Assembly: GCA_045657205.1 (NCBI GenBank)
Contig: JAZOSS010000057.1
Span: forward strand, 2,666 to 66,665
DNA: 64,000 nucleotides
Direction: 5' to 3'
DNA from: Eubacteriales bacterium
GTDB lineage: Bacteria > Bacillota > Clostridia > Oscillospirales > CAG-272
Position 1 is the first letter of the stretch. Each line of letters opens with the position of its first letter. Under the pieces are notes generated by a model. It worked only from the letters and a program-made list of their open reading frames with translations, had not been told where the DNA came from and did not search any database. A program made the position numbers and the translations under genes. Shown one piece after another: positions 1-11,271 of the stretch.

Positions 1-2040
1 TCTTGCAGATCCGCCCGTATATGAACCGCCTGCGTTGATTATCTGACCGTCAAGGGTGACTATTCTTATTTTGTGGTCGTATTTCTTTGCAAACACGGAT
101 GCTTTATCCATATTTTCAAAAACGACCGTTCTGCCGAGCAGATTTCCTATTATCCCTTTGAATTTTTCATCACAGCTTACCAAAGAGGATGCTACCCCGA
201 CGTAGCCGTCGTTTGATGAAAGCTCCTTTTCATTATACGAAAGGTACATAGGGCGTATCGTCGATACGGGGTAGAACGTCGCACGTCCCGCACCGCTTTT
301 CTGCAAATGGCGTATTGCGTCCTTTGCCGCATTATCGTCCTTTACGACGATATTCTGCATAGACGCACCGAGTGCCGTTTCGATCGCCGTCGTGTACGCT
401 CCTTCAACCTTTATAAGTCTTGAAACGGGGCCGTACACTTCACCGCACACAGAGCCGTCCTTCGATCTTATATTGCCCTTTTTGTACTCTTCGACAACGA
501 ACCTTACGCTGTGCGAATAGCCTTCGAGAAGCTCCTCCATTCGTTTGAGGTTGTCAACCCTGTGATTTTTTGAGGATATATCTATATACACCTCGTTTAT
601 TTTTTCACGGAGCTTTGATGCTTCGTTTTCGGCTGCAGCTTCTTTTTCTCTTATTTTTCTTGCAGAGTCGGCGCTTGTTGCAAGCTTTTCTTCGTATCCT
701 GCTATTACACTTTCCGCCTTTTGCGCTCTTGCGCTTATGATGTCAAGGCTCTCTTGTCTTTGCGCTATTTCAGAGTCGAGCGCGCTATCCTTTGCATCGT
801 CCTCGCCGCCGCCCGTTTCGGAAACGGAGAGCTTTATGCGGATATCCGTTATTTCTTCTTTTATGCGCTCTGTTTTTTCGTTTATTTCGTCAGCTTCAAG
901 GCTTTTTTCTTCGATGTTCTTCGTCGTACTTTCGTAGTCGGCAAACACCTCCGCACGTTCTTTTTTAAGTGCCTGTGCCTTTTGTTCAAGCTCTTCCGCC
1001 GTCTTCAGCTTTTCTTTTATCCTGAGGCAAAGCTCGCCGTATTCTTCACTTGCCAGACGTCTGTTTTCCTCGGTCTGCGCCTTATCGGAGGCGATATGCT
1101 CAAGCTCCTTGAGAGCTACTGTTGCCGCGTTGCTCTTTTTGAATTTTTCCTCCGTAAGAGCTGAAAGTCTTGCGTTTTCTTCCTCTGTTTGGCGCTTGAT
1201 CTTCGTGGTTTCAAGCATCAGCTCTTCCGTTTTTTCTTCAAGGGAGGAAAGCTCGCCTTCGGCAAGCTCAAGCTCCGTTTTATAAAGCTCGTACGTGCCG
1301 CGGAACTTCTTTATCTCCTCGGCAAGCTGTGTCATATCGTACAGCCACAAAGCGATATCAAGCTCTTTTTTCTCCTCGTGAAGCACGAGATATTTTTTAG
1401 CCTTTTCCGCTTCCTTTTCAAGCGGTCCGACGCGTCCTTCAAGCTCACCGAGTATGTCAAGCACGCGCGAGAGGTTGTCCTCTGTTGCGGCAAGCTTTTT
1501 GGCACTTTCGTTCTTTGAGAATTTATACTTTGAAATTCCCGCCGCTTCTTCGAATACACTTCGTCTTTCTTCGCTTTTTCTCGATACTATTTCCGCGATC
1601 TTTCCCTGACCGATGACGGAATAGCCTTCACGGCCGATACCCGTGTTCATAAATAATTTATGTATATCTTTAAGACGGCACGCTTTTCCGTTTATAAGAT
1701 AGTCGCTGTCCCCGCCTCGGAAATATCTTCTCGTCACGGTGACGGTATCGTAGTCGATATTGAGCCGTCCGACCGGGGATGAGTTATCAAGGCACAGCGT
1801 TACCTGTGCAAACGTACCCGGCTTTCTGCTTTCGCATCCGCCGAATATGACGTCCTCCATCTTCGTACCGCGTATGTTTCGTGACGATACTTCACCGAGT
1901 ACCCAGCGCATAGCGTCGGCAATATTTGATTTTCCGCTTCCGTTAGGGCCGATTATTACAGTTATTCCTTCGTTAAACGAAAGAGTCGTTTTTTCGGGGA
2001 AGGATTTAAACCCCTGAAGCTCTATTGATTTTAAATACAC
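1..2040 (-). CDS. smc: Chromosome segregation protein SMC, N-terminal ~680 codons (3' end lies beyond window start)
   Basis: The minus-strand frame is open from the window edge to a GTG at 2040, preceded by GGAGGTGA. Translation begins VYLKSIELQGFKSFPEKTTLSFNEGITVIIGPNGSGKSNIADA (Walker A). The middle is long and coiled-coil-like. An in-frame hinge-like segment MQNIVVKDDNAAKDAIRHLQKSGAGRATFYP starts at 360. It is absent from the ORF track because there is no stop inside the window. Confidence 0.93.
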   Translation of the reverse strand, partial: MYLKSIELQGFKSFPEKTTLSFNEGITVIIGPNGSGKSNIADAMRWVLGEVSSRNIRGTKMEDVIFGGCESRKPGTFAQVTLCLDNSSPVGRLNIDYDTVTVTRRYFRGGDSDYLINGKACRLKDIHKLFMNTGIGREGYSVIGQGKIAEIVSRKSEERRSVFEEAAGISKYKFSKNESAKKLAATEDNLSRVLDILGELEGRVGPLEKEAEKAKKYLVLHEEKKELDIALWLYDMTQLAEEIKKFRGTYELYKTELELAEGELSSLEEKTEELMLETTKIKRQTEEENARLSALTEEKFKKSNAATVALKELEHIASDKAQTEENRRLASEEYGELCLRIKEKLKTAEELEQKAQALKKERAEVFADYESTTKNIEEKSLEADEINEKTERIKEEITDIRIKLSVSETGGGEDDAKDSALDSEIAQRQESLDIISARAQKAESVIAGYEEKLATSADSARKIREKEAAAENEASKLREKINEVYIDISSKNHRVDNLKRMEELLEGYSHSVRFVVEEYKKGNIRSKDGSVCGEVYGPVSRLIKVEGAYTTAIETALGASMQNIVVKDDNAAKDAIRHLQKSGAGRATFYPVSTIRPMYLSYNEKELSSNDGYVGVASSLVSCDEKFKGIIGNLLGRTVVFENMDKASVFAKKYDHKIRIVTLDGQIINAGGSYTGGSAR

Positions 2041-2044
2041 GCAG

Positions 2045-3076
2045 TCACCTCCTCGTATCGGGTACTACTTTTACGTTTATTTCGTAGGGGATGATGCTTT
2101 CATCCTCTATGACTTTTAATCTGTACAAGCCGTATTTTTCACAAAGCTTTTCTTTGTTTTCGCACCTTATTCCGACGGCTTGCGAGGTATGTTTTTTTGA
2201 AACGTACACGGTTACAAATGAATTTTTCAAAATCTCGGGTGTGTACTTTTCAAGCTCTTTTTCAATTTTTTCAAGATATATCGCACCGTCTGCGGAAAGT
2301 CCTATTGACGGGTCGTAGACTCCTGCAAAAATATCCCCTTCGTCCGTAAGGTTATCCTGTGCCTGAAGTCCGAGTCTTATGACGGGGACGTTATTTTCTA
2401 TAAATATTTTTTTGACTTCTTTTGCCCTTAATACCGTTTCTTCGTGCGTAGGCGGTACGTATACGCCGTTTTCCGTCATTTCGGCAAGAGCCGTTTCCTT
2501 AAAAACGACCGTCGGGTATATACGTGCGCCGTCAGCTTTGCGGTCGCATATATCCTTTGCGGTTTTTATTTCGGAGTCAAGCGAGGCACCCGGCAACGAC
2601 GTCATCATCTGACCTATGAGCTTAAAGCCTCTTTGCTTTACCGCATTCATTGCCGAAATCGACTCTTGTGCTGTATGCCCTCTTTTACAAAGCTTCAAGA
2701 CCTTATCGTCCGTGCTTTGTATGCCGAGCTCGACCGTCGTCATACCGTAAAAGGAAAGTATGTCGAGTATTTCGCCGTTTATATAGTCGGGGCGTGTTGA
2801 ACAGCGCAAGGATGCAACATCTCCGCTTTTCACGTATCCGTGTCCTATTTCAAGCAGTTTTATCATAAGGCGTCTGTCGATACCCGTAAAGGAACCGCCG
2901 AAAAACGCAATTTCACGCTGTGCGCCCTGCGTTGTTGCAAGCACGGCTTCTATTTCGGGAATTATGGAATCTGCGTTGAAGGAAGGAGTGTTCGTTATCT
3001 TTCTCTGATTGCAGAATACACAGTCATTCGGGCATCCGAGATGCGGAATAAATATCGGTATATTTACGTGTTTCAT
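2045..3076 (-). CDS. Radical SAM protein (ELP3/MiaB-like family, unknown substrate)
   Basis: 343-aa ORF with an N-terminal CPNDCVFC (CxxxCxxC) iron-sulfur motif. Its start overlaps the rnc stop by 4 nt. The rnc / radical-SAM / smc order is common in Firmicutes. Confidence 0.8.
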   Translation of the reverse strand: MKHVNIPIFIPHLGCPNDCVFCNQRKITNTPSFNADSIIPEIEAVLATTQGAQREIAFFGGSFTGIDRRLMIKLLEIGHGYVKSGDVASLRCSTRPDYINGEILDILSFYGMTTVELGIQSTDDKVLKLCKRGHTAQESISAMNAVKQRGFKLIGQMMTSLPGASLDSEIKTAKDICDRKADGARIYPTVVFKETALAEMTENGVYVPPTHEETVLRAKEVKKIFIENNVPVIRLGLQAQDNLTDEGDIFAGVYDPSIGLSADGAIYLEKIEKELEKYTPEILKNSFVTVYVSKKHTSQAVGIRCENKEKLCEKYGLYRLKVIEDESIIPYEINVKVVPDTRR

Positions 3077-3777
3077 TCTTTTATAACACCGAAAAGAATG
3101 AGTGCGCTGTGCGCCGCCTGCTGTTCGGCACGTCTTTTCGACTTACCCTGTCCTTTGCCGACGACTGCTCCGTCAAGCACGGCATCGACAGAAAAAACCC
3201 TGTCGTGGTGCGGTCCTTCTTCGCCCGTTACGACGTATTCAAGCACCGCCTCGGGGGATTCCTGCACGAACTGCTGCAATACCGTTTTATAATCGACGTT
3301 GCTTCCCGGTTCTATGTGCTTTTCTATTTCGGGAATTATAAGGGGGTACAAAAACTTTTCCGCGGCACTTCTTCCGCCGTCTATATAGACGGTTGCCAGA
3401 AAAGCCTCAAAAGCATCTGCAAGTATTGATTTACGCTTGCGCCCGCCGTTTTGCTCCTCGCCCTTGCCGAGCTTTATGTGTGAGCCGAGGTCTATTTTCT
3501 CGGCAAGTGTAAACAGTGTTTCTTCGCACACGACAGCCGCTCTCGTTCTCGTCAACTCCCCCTCGGGAAGATTGGGATATTTGAAAAACATATATTCGCT
3601 TACGAGGATACTGAGCACGGAATCACCGAAAAACTCAAGTCTTTCGTTACATTCGTTCTTCGTTTTTCTGTTTTCGTTTGCGTATGATGAATGTGTAAGG
3701 GCAAGTGTGAGATAATCCGTATTTTTGAACGTGTACCCGCACGTTTTATAAAGATCGTTTAAATTTTCGTTGTACAT
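3073..3777 (-). CDS. rnc: Ribonuclease III
   Basis: 234 aa with the RNase III signature ERLEFFGDSVL and a C-terminal dsRNA-binding-like region ending KSKRRAEQQAAHSAL. Confidence 0.93.
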   Translation of the reverse strand: MYNENLNDLYKTCGYTFKNTDYLTLALTHSSYANENRKTKNECNERLEFFGDSVLSILVSEYMFFKYPNLPEGELTRTRAAVVCEETLFTLAEKIDLGSHIKLGKGEEQNGGRKRKSILADAFEAFLATVYIDGGRSAAEKFLYPLIIPEIEKHIEPGSNVDYKTVLQQFVQESPEAVLEYVVTGEEGPHHDRVFSVDAVLDGAVVGKGQGKSKRRAEQQAAHSALILFGVIKE

Positions 3778-3834
3778 AATTTTATTAAATACATTCCGTT
3801 TATTCGTTTTATGTTGGATCTGCTATTTCGACTG

Positions 3835-5154
3835 TCAGACAAGGTCCTTTACAGAGTCTATATATTCAAGCGCACGCACGGCGTAATAATCGTATCTGCC
3901 GCGTTTGCCGCCTTTTACTTTTCTGTCGGGGGGTGCTATCAGACCGAAATTTGCATTCATCGGCTGAAAATCCGCACCGTTATACGATGAAACGTATTTC
4001 ACCATAGCGCCCGTTATACAGACGTCTGAAAATATCATAGGTTCTTTTTCTTCGGCAAACCGCGCGGCGTTTATTCCGCAGACAAGCCCCGAGGATGCCG
4101 ACTCAACGTAGCCTTCAACACCCGTCATCTGCCCTGCGAAAAACAATCCGGGGATGTTTTTCACCATATACGCACCATCAAGAAATCCCGGGGAATTCAA
4201 GTACGTATTTCTGTGCATAACTCCGTAGCGGAGAAATTCCGCATTTTCAAGTCCGGGTATCATCGAAAACACTTTTTTCTGTTCAGGAAACGTCAGATGC
4301 GTCTGAAATCCGACTATGTTATACATCGTCTTTTCAAGGTTTTCCGCACGGAGCTGTACTGCCGCATACGGCTCACGTCCCGTTTTGGGATCTGTAAGTC
4401 CGACGGGTTTCATAGGTCCGTACAAAAGCGTTTCAAAGCCTCTTTTCGCCATTACCTCGACGGGCATGCAGCCTTCAAAAACGGCGGGATCTTTTTCAAA
4501 GCCGTGAAGGTTTGCACATTCCGCGTTTATAAGTGAGTTATAAAACGCTTCGTATTCTTCCTTTGTCATCGGGCAGTTTATATAAGCCGCCTCGCCCTTA
4601 TCGTAACGTGACTGTTCAAAGACCTTTTCGCGGTCGATGCTTTCTGCAGACACTATCGGTGCTGCGGCATCGAAAAAGTGAAGTCCGTCACCCGCCAAAG
4701 CCATTATTTTTTCGCTGAGTGAATCGGATGTAAGCGGTCCTGTTGCGATAACGGTTATCTCCCCTTCGGGAATACTCGTGACCTCTTCTGATATTATTTC
4801 GATATTTTCGTTATTTCTTATTTCATCGGTTATGAATTTTGAAAATTTTTCTCTGTCGACTGCAAGGGATGCACCTGCCGGCACGCTCGTGCTGTCAGCG
4901 GCACGCATTATCAGAGAATCAAGTCGGCGCATTTCCTCTTTCAAAAGTCCCACGGCGTTGAATATCTGCAAGGATCTTAAAGAGTTTGAGCACACAAGCT
5001 CAGCGAACGTATCGCTTTTATGAGCAGGCGTTTTCTTATTCGGCTTCATTTCAAAAAGCCTTACTTTATGCCCTCTTTTGGCGCATTGATACGCCGCCTC
5101 GCATCCTGCAAGACCTGCGCCTATTACGTTTATATATGAATTTTTCATTTGCAT
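3835..5154 (-). CDS. trmFO: Methylenetetrahydrofolate--tRNA-(uracil-5-)-methyltransferase TrmFO
   Basis: 439 aa with an N-terminal FAD-binding motif [14 protein letters not shown]. The dprA-topA-trmFO order is conserved. Its start overlaps the topA stop by 10 nt. Confidence 0.9.
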   Translation of the reverse strand: MQMKNSYINVIGAGLAGCEAAYQCAKRGHKVRLFEMKPNKKTPAHKSDTFAELVCSNSLRSLQIFNAVGLLKEEMRRLDSLIMRAADSTSVPAGASLAVDREKFSKFITDEIRNNENIEIISEEVTSIPEGEITVIATGPLTSDSLSEKIMALAGDGLHFFDAAAPIVSAESIDREKVFEQSRYDKGEAAYINCPMTKEEYEAFYNSLINAECANLHGFEKDPAVFEGCMPVEVMAKRGFETLLYGPMKPVGLTDPKTGREPYAAVQLRAENLEKTMYNIVGFQTHLTFPEQKKVFSMIPGLENAEFLRYGVMHRNTYLNSPGFLDGAYMVKNIPGLFFAGQMTGVEGYVESASSGLVCGINAARFAEEKEPMIFSDVCITGAMVKYVSSYNGADFQPMNANFGLIAPPDRKVKGGKRGRYDYYAVRALEYIDSVKDLV

Positions 5155-7361
5155 TTTTCGTTAAGGCATACGTATTCGTCGGGCTTTTTGGCAAACATCG
5201 TCATACCGCATTTCGGGCATTTTTCCTTTGTGGGTGCGTAGGACGTCGTAAACTCGCATTTCGGTGCGTTTGCACATGCGTAATATTCACGTCTGCCGTG
5301 TTTCTTCTTTACTATATTGCCGCCGCATTTCGGGCAGGGTGCGCCCGTCGGTTCTGCCTTCTGGACTGTGTTTCTGCACGTCGGGAATCTTTCGCAAGCG
5401 TAAAATTCTCCGTACGGACCGCTTCTTATGACCATCATAGCACCGCATTTTTCGCAGACCATATCAGTCTTTACAGGTTCTTTCTTTTCCTTTTCGGGAA
5501 CGACGTTTCCGTTTTTATCTATCTTCTTCGTATTTTTGCACGCAGGGTAGTTCGGGCAGGCGGCAAAATCGCCGAATCTTCCCGATTTTATAACCATTTT
5601 CGCACCGCATTTTTCACACGTGATGTCCGTTTCTTCGTCAGCGTATTTATACTTTTTGCCGTTGACGGTCTTCTCGGCTTTCTCAAGCGTTACGCTGAAA
5701 TCTCCCCAGAACTTCTGAAGAACGTCCTGATACGTTTCCGTTCCGTGGGATATATTATCAAGCGAATCTTCCATATTTGCGGTAAATTTATAATCGACTA
5801 TACCGGGGAAGAAATCCGTCATAAGCTGCGTTGTGACTTCACCGAGTGAAGTAGGTGCCAGCGACTTTCCGACACGTTTTACGTAGTTTCTTGCAACGAT
5901 CGTCGTGATGATAGGCGTAAACGTACTCGGACGGCCTATTCCCATTTCTTCAAGCTGTTTGATAAGCGATGCTTCCGTAAATCTTGACGGGGGTTCTGTG
6001 AAGTGCTGTTTTTTCGTAAGGCTCAAAAGCTTCAGCACGTCGCCTTCGTTCACCTCGGGAAGCTTGACGCCTCTTTCTTCGTCAACGCTGTCCTCCGTTT
6101 CCTCATAGACCGCCATATATCCCTTGAATTTTACCGTGTATCCGCTTGCTCTGTAGTTGTATATCTGTGCTGTAATATCAAGACTTACCGTATCAAGCTC
6201 CGCAGGTGCCATCTGGCTTGCAACGAATCTGTCCCAGATGAGCTTATACAGCTTATACTGATCGGACGAAAGCTTATCTTTTATGAGCTTCGGAGGAAAT
6301 TCAAGCGACGACGGACGGATAGCTTCGTGTGCGTCCTGCGCTCCCGCCTTTGCTTTGAAAACTCTCGCTTTGCCCGGGAGATACTTTTTACCGTATTCGC
6401 GGTCGATATATTCTCTGAGATTTGACAAAGCGGAATCGGATATACGCAAGGAGTCCGTTCTCATATACGTGATAACACCCTGCGTTCCGCCAAGCTCAGA
6501 CCCGAGATTTATACCTTCGTAAAGCTCCTGTGCGACCTTCATCGTTCTTTGCGAACGGAAGTTGAGCTTTTTCGCCGCCTCCTGCTGTAATGTGGAAGTT
6601 ATGAACGGAGGCTGGGGATTTTTATATTTGAGAGTCTTCTTTACCGACGTTACGGTGAACGGCTCACGGCTTCCCTGTTCAACGGACAGCGCTTCTTCTT
6701 CGCTCGTCACTTCCGTTTTCGTGCCGTTTATACCGACGAAACGTGCGGTGAACACTTCGTTTTTCGCCGTCTGAAGCTCACTTTCGATAGTCCAGTATTC
6801 CTTGGGAATAAACGCTCTTATTTCGTTTTCTCTGTCAACTATTATCTTCGTTGCAACGGACTGCACTCTGCCTGCGGAAAGTCCGCTTTTTACGGTCTTC
6901 CACAAAAACGGACTGAGCTTGTAGCCGACTATTCTGTCAAGAATACGGCGTGCCTGCTGTGAATCGACAAGATCCATATTTATCTTACCGGGATTTTCGA
7001 TAGCACGGCACACGGCTTCCTTCGTCAGCTCGTTATACGTGACTCTGTGCGTTTTTTCCTCGTCACAGTCAAGTGCCGTTGCAAGATGCCACGCTATTGC
7101 CTCTCCCTCGCGGTCAGGGTCCGTTGCCAAAAATATTTCGTCAGCCTGCTTCACTTCTTTTTTCAAAGAGTTTATAAGCTCGCTTTTATCTCTTATATAG
7201 ACGTATTTTGCTTTGTAGCCGTTTTCTATATCAACTCCGAGTGTGCTTTTCGGAAGGTCCTTGACGTGGCCGACGGATGCGACCACCTTATATCCCGAAC
7301 CGAGATATCCTTTTATCGTTCCCGCCTTACCGGGTGATTCTATTATAACAAGTTTTGACAT
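5145..7361 (-). CDS. topA: DNA topoisomerase I
   Basis: 738 aa with a Toprim N-terminus ([27 protein letters not shown]) and four C-terminal CxxC...CxxC zinc ribbons. Confidence 0.95.
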   Translation of the reverse strand: MSKLVIIESPGKAGTIKGYLGSGYKVVASVGHVKDLPKSTLGVDIENGYKAKYVYIRDKSELINSLKKEVKQADEIFLATDPDREGEAIAWHLATALDCDEEKTHRVTYNELTKEAVCRAIENPGKINMDLVDSQQARRILDRIVGYKLSPFLWKTVKSGLSAGRVQSVATKIIVDRENEIRAFIPKEYWTIESELQTAKNEVFTARFVGINGTKTEVTSEEEALSVEQGSREPFTVTSVKKTLKYKNPQPPFITSTLQQEAAKKLNFRSQRTMKVAQELYEGINLGSELGGTQGVITYMRTDSLRISDSALSNLREYIDREYGKKYLPGKARVFKAKAGAQDAHEAIRPSSLEFPPKLIKDKLSSDQYKLYKLIWDRFVASQMAPAELDTVSLDITAQIYNYRASGYTVKFKGYMAVYEETEDSVDEERGVKLPEVNEGDVLKLLSLTKKQHFTEPPSRFTEASLIKQLEEMGIGRPSTFTPIITTIVARNYVKRVGKSLAPTSLGEVTTQLMTDFFPGIVDYKFTANMEDSLDNISHGTETYQDVLQKFWGDFSVTLEKAEKTVNGKKYKYADEETDITCEKCGAKMVIKSGRFGDFAACPNYPACKNTKKIDKNGNVVPEKEKKEPVKTDMVCEKCGAMMVIRSGPYGEFYACERFPTCRNTVQKAEPTGAPCPKCGGNIVKKKHGRREYYACANAPKCEFTTSYAPTKEKCPKCGMTMFAKKPDEYVCLNEKCK

Positions 7362-7390
7362 TTACGCCATTCCTTTCTTATTTTCGATCT

Positions 7391-8581
7391 TCATTTTATC
7401 GAATATATACCGCCTGCGCTGACGGTAACGTATCCGAGCATTTCAAGCTGAGTCAGCGTAAAAAGCACGTCAGCAAGCAATAATTTATCCGAAACGAGTG
7501 CATCAGCCGATGCAGGTCCCGTATCCATAAGTTTTATATATACTTCCTTACTTACCCCTATAAGCTCATCGCTTCTGTCGATAGGCTCGGGGTATCTTCC
7601 AAAGCTGTTCGGGTTTATCTTTTCCGTCGTTACCGGTTCAAATTCCGCAATGTTCGACGGCATTTTATACGGTCTGCTTTTCATCTTTTCCAAAGCCACC
7701 GTTTCGGGAAACGCGCTTTCAAAATTTGCAAGTGCATCGTACGCTTCCGTCATCGGAAACACACCCGTTTTCAGCATATAATTACTGCCCTCGGCACACG
7801 GATTTGCAACCGATCCCGGTACTGCGTAAACACGTCTGTTGAGCTTTCTTGCGATATCCGCAGTTATCAGAGCACCGCTTCCTATCGGTGCTTCGACAAC
7901 GGCAAGTGCCTGTGACATCGCCGCTATAAGTCTGTTTCTTGTAGGAAAATTGTCCGCCATCGGCTGAGTTCCGGGAAAAAATTCCGTCACGACCGCACCT
8001 GCGCCGTTTTCTATACGGTCAAATAAAGGTGCGTTTTCGGAAGGATACTGCACGTCGATACCCGAACCCATAACGGCGACCGTTTTACCGCCTCCGTCAA
8101 TAGCACCCGTATGCGCCATAGCATCTATCCCTCTTGCAATACCGCTTACGACAACACCGCCGCCCGATACCGTTTCATATGCAAGCCTGTGTGCCGAGCG
8201 TGCGCCGTCACCGCTCATTTTCCTCGTACCGACTATCCCAATGTAAGGAAACGATGATGCGTTCGGAAGCTTTCCTTTGCAGAACAGCACGACGGGGGAA
8301 TTTTCAAGATCGTGAAGTCCAACGGGGTATTCATCACTTTCGCACGTTAAAATATTTATGCGCTTATTCAGGCAGTATTCACAGACCTTTTCGGAATATT
8401 CGAGAGATTTTCCGAGAAGCGGTGATATCTCACTTACCGTAAAGCCTTTTTCTATATAATCGTTTTTTGATGCACTGTATATCTTTTCCACACCGCCGAA
8501 AGCGGAAATAAGTCTTTTAGGCAGAGTATGTCCCGCTTTATACTTTCCCGCAAGCCATACGGCAAGTAAAATGTCATCCAT
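7391..8581 (-). CDS. dprA: DNA processing protein DprA (Smf)
   Basis: 396 aa with a Rossmann-like core (GIVGTRKMSGDG, VVSGIARGIDAMAH). It lies immediately upstream of topA. Confidence 0.88.
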   Translation of the reverse strand: MDDILLAVWLAGKYKAGHTLPKRLISAFGGVEKIYSASKNDYIEKGFTVSEISPLLGKSLEYSEKVCEYCLNKRINILTCESDEYPVGLHDLENSPVVLFCKGKLPNASSFPYIGIVGTRKMSGDGARSAHRLAYETVSGGGVVVSGIARGIDAMAHTGAIDGGGKTVAVMGSGIDVQYPSENAPLFDRIENGAGAVVTEFFPGTQPMADNFPTRNRLIAAMSQALAVVEAPIGSGALITADIARKLNRRVYAVPGSVANPCAEGSNYMLKTGVFPMTEAYDALANFESAFPETVALEKMKSRPYKMPSNIAEFEPVTTEKINPNSFGRYPEPIDRSDELIGVSKEVYIKLMDTGPASADALVSDKLLLADVLFTLTQLEMLGYVTVSAGGIYSIK

Positions 8582-8592
8582 AAATATTCCTC

Positions 8593-9414
8593 TTAACCGA
8601 AGCTTTTACCCATTTCCCACATTATTATCGAGGCGGCGACTGCCGCATTCAACGATTCGGAGTGTTCTTTTATCGGAATGATAACGCATCCGCTGCACAG
8701 AGATATAACGTCGGAAGAAAGTCCCGAGCCTTCGTTCCCTATAACGAATGCCGTTTTTTCATCTATCTTTACGTCGGTTATATCCGCGCTGTTCTGATGC
8801 AGAGCGGCGGCATATACCGAAAAGCCTGAATCTTTCAGCTCTTTTATCGTTTTTTTTGTATCTTGTACCATAACGCTCTGACCGAATGATGCGCCCATTG
8901 CCCCTCTTTGAACCTTCGGGGAATATATATCGGCGCAGTCAGGCGAGGCAATTACAAGTCCTATTCCGAATGCGTAAGCGCTTCTTATTGCAGTTCCCAT
9001 ATTTCCGGGATCTCTTACGCTGTCAAGGATGACGATACCGCCTTTAATTCCGTTGCATAATGAATTACTGTATACACTTGAGATCTTTTCAGAATTATCG
9101 GTGCATTTAAAAACACAGAGTATGCCGTCGGGGGACTCTTCCCCGCTCATTTTTTTCATAACCTCACAGCTTGTTTTATAAATCTCTGCATTTTCTCCGA
9201 CCGTTTTGAATATATCGCGGCAGAACGCACCGTTTTTTTCAAAAAAGATATCGGTTACGAAAATACTTTCGGCTTTCATATTCGCAAGTGAAGCTTCCTC
9301 TGTAAGCTTCTTTCCGCAAACGATATATTCGCCGTATTCTCCGCGGTATTTCTTTTGCAAAAGCTTTGATACGCGGACAACCTTCGGATTGTTTTTGCTC
9401 GTTATCAGTTCCAT
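8593..9414 (-). CDS. TrmH/SpoU-family RNA 2'-O-methyltransferase
   Basis: SpoU C-terminal motifs are present (DPGNMGTAIRSA, FVIGNEGSGLS, ESLNAAVAASI). I placed the start at ATG 9414 (MELITSKNNPK), which follows an AGGGG RBS. The track extension to 9456 runs over a TATAAT box. Confidence 0.82.
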   Translation of the reverse strand: MELITSKNNPKVVRVSKLLQKKYRGEYGEYIVCGKKLTEEASLANMKAESIFVTDIFFEKNGAFCRDIFKTVGENAEIYKTSCEVMKKMSGEESPDGILCVFKCTDNSEKISSVYSNSLCNGIKGGIVILDSVRDPGNMGTAIRSAYAFGIGLVIASPDCADIYSPKVQRGAMGASFGQSVMVQDTKKTIKELKDSGFSVYAAALHQNSADITDVKIDEKTAFVIGNEGSGLSSDVISLCSGCVIIPIKEHSESLNAAVAASIIMWEMGKSFG

Positions 9415-9560
9415 AACTACCCCTGTGACATTATAGAATAAGTAATATAATATCATACATAAAATATTTTTTCAAGTGCAAACTAAATTTTTACATATTG
9501 CACATAAAAATTTTTCTTTTGAACACCTTCCATTTTTTTACTTAAAGCCTAAAAAAACGC

Positions 9561-9589
9561 TTGACAAGAGCATAATTGTATGGTAGAAT
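9561..9589 (+). promoter_or_regulatory. Sigma-A-type promoter for the ABC-F gene
   Basis: TTGACA (9561-9566), a 17-nt spacer, then TAGAAT (9584-9589) with TG at -15/-14. Confidence 0.6.
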
Positions 9590-9636
9590 AGTATGAATTA
9601 TAATTTTATAATACAAGCAAGAGGTTATTTATATAG

Positions 9637-11220
9637 ATGATATCAACTAACGACGTTTCTTTGCAATACGGCGGCAGAGTGCTTTTTTCAGGTGCGGATC
9701 TCGTATTCACAAAAGGCAACTGCTACGGTATTATCGGCGCAAACGGTGCCGGAAAATCCACGTTTTTAAAAATACTTTCAGGGGAAGTTGAGCCTTCAAG
9801 CGGTACTGTAACGGTATCACCCGGCGAAAGAATTTCCATTCTCAAGCAGGACCACTTTGCTTTTGACGAATACACCGTAATAAGAACGGTGCTTATGGGA
9901 AATCCCGAGCTTTGCGAGATCGAAGACGAAAAGGAAGCCCTCTATTCAAAGGAAGAAATGACCGACGAAGACGGTATGCGTCTTTGCGAGCTTGAAACGA
10001 GATACGCCGAGCTTGACGGATATTCCGCAGAAAGCGAAGCGGAAATACTGCTCAACGCTCTCGGTATCCCCAATGACCTTCACTACTCTTTAATGAAGGA
10101 CTTAAACGGTGATCAGAAAGTGAAAATATTGCTTGCACAGGCACTTTTCGGCTCACCCGATATACTTCTTATGGACGAGCCGACGAACCATCTTGATTTG
10201 AAAACGATATCCTGGCTTGAAGATTTTCTCGTCGATCTGCACAGCGTCGTCATCGTCGTATCGCACGACCGTCACTTTTTGAACAACGTCTGCACGCACA
10301 CAGTTGACGTTGACTTCGGCAAGATAACGATGACCGTCGGCGGCTACGACTTCTGGTATGAATATACCCAGATACGCCAAAGGCAGATGAGGGAGCAAAA
10401 CAAGAAAGCGGAGCTTAAAGCAGCCGAGCTTAAAGAATTTATCGCACGCTTCTCTGCAAACGCTTCGAAATCAAAGCAGGCGACCAGCAGAAAGAAGCTT
10501 CTCGACTCGCTTGATTTTGCACAGATGCCCGTATCTTCAAGACGTTTCCCGTACGTTGCCTTCAAGCCCGAAAGAGAAGCAGGCAAGGATATGCTTACGG
10601 TTGACGGCATCACGGCGGAAGTCGGCGGAAAGACGGTTCTTGACAACGTAAGCTTCACTCTCCGTCCGTGTGAAAAAGTCGCATTTGTCGGCGATCCCGT
10701 TTCCATAACGACATTTTTCAAGATAATAAGCGGTGAGCTTACGCCGTCGGCAGGTACATACAAATGGGGTGTTACGACGTCGCAGTCATATATGCCGTCG
10801 GACAACTCCGAATACTTCGACGGACACACCGAAAATCTGATAGATTGGATAAGAAACTGCAGCGATCTTATTTACGAAGCGGACGTAAGAAGCTGGCTCG
10901 GCAGAATGCTTTTCTCGGGCGATGAGGCTCTGAAGAGTGTCGGCGTTCTTTCCGGAGGAGAAAGGGTGCGCTGTATGCTTTGCAAAATGATGCTTTCGGG
11001 CGCTAACGTACTCATACTCGACGAGCCGACGAACCACCTTGATCTCGAATCCATTGCAGCTCTCAACGACGGACTTATCCGTTATCCTCAAACAGTTCTG
11101 TTCACATCACACGACCATCAGTTTGTACAGACGATAGCAAACAGAATAATTGATCTTACTCCCGGCAGCTTCTACGACAAAGCAACGACATACGACGAAT
11201 ACGCCGCCGAAATGCTGTAA
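9637..11220 (+). CDS. ABC-F family ATPase (two ABC domains, no membrane domain; YbiT-like)
   Basis: 527 aa with two Walker A sites (GANGAGKST and a degenerate GDPVSITT), two LSGG-type signatures (LNGDQKV, LSGGERV) and two Walker B sites (LLMDEPTNHLD, LILDEPTNHLD). Confidence 0.85.
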   Translation: MISTNDVSLQYGGRVLFSGADLVFTKGNCYGIIGANGAGKSTFLKILSGEVEPSSGTVTVSPGERISILKQDHFAFDEYTVIRTVLMGNPELCEIEDEKEALYSKEEMTDEDGMRLCELETRYAELDGYSAESEAEILLNALGIPNDLHYSLMKDLNGDQKVKILLAQALFGSPDILLMDEPTNHLDLKTISWLEDFLVDLHSVVIVVSHDRHFLNNVCTHTVDVDFGKITMTVGGYDFWYEYTQIRQRQMREQNKKAELKAAELKEFIARFSANASKSKQATSRKKLLDSLDFAQMPVSSRRFPYVAFKPEREAGKDMLTVDGITAEVGGKTVLDNVSFTLRPCEKVAFVGDPVSITTFFKIISGELTPSAGTYKWGVTTSQSYMPSDNSEYFDGHTENLIDWIRNCSDLIYEADVRSWLGRMLFSGDEALKSVGVLSGGERVRCMLCKMMLSGANVLILDEPTNHLDLESIAALNDGLIRYPQTVLFTSHDHQFVQTIANRIIDLTPGSFYDKATTYDEYAAEML

Positions 11221-11271
11221 AAAAGATATTACAAGACATTATTTCACAAATATTTGAACTTGGAGAAAGAA

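Noticed and set aside
9456-9637. Antibiotic-resistance-type (ARE) ABC-F attenuator or leader peptide upstream of the ABC-F gene.
   Set aside because: The distance from the predicted promoter to the start codon is only about 45 nt. No leader ORF or alternative hairpins are visible, and the protein looks like a housekeeping YbiT-type ABC-F.
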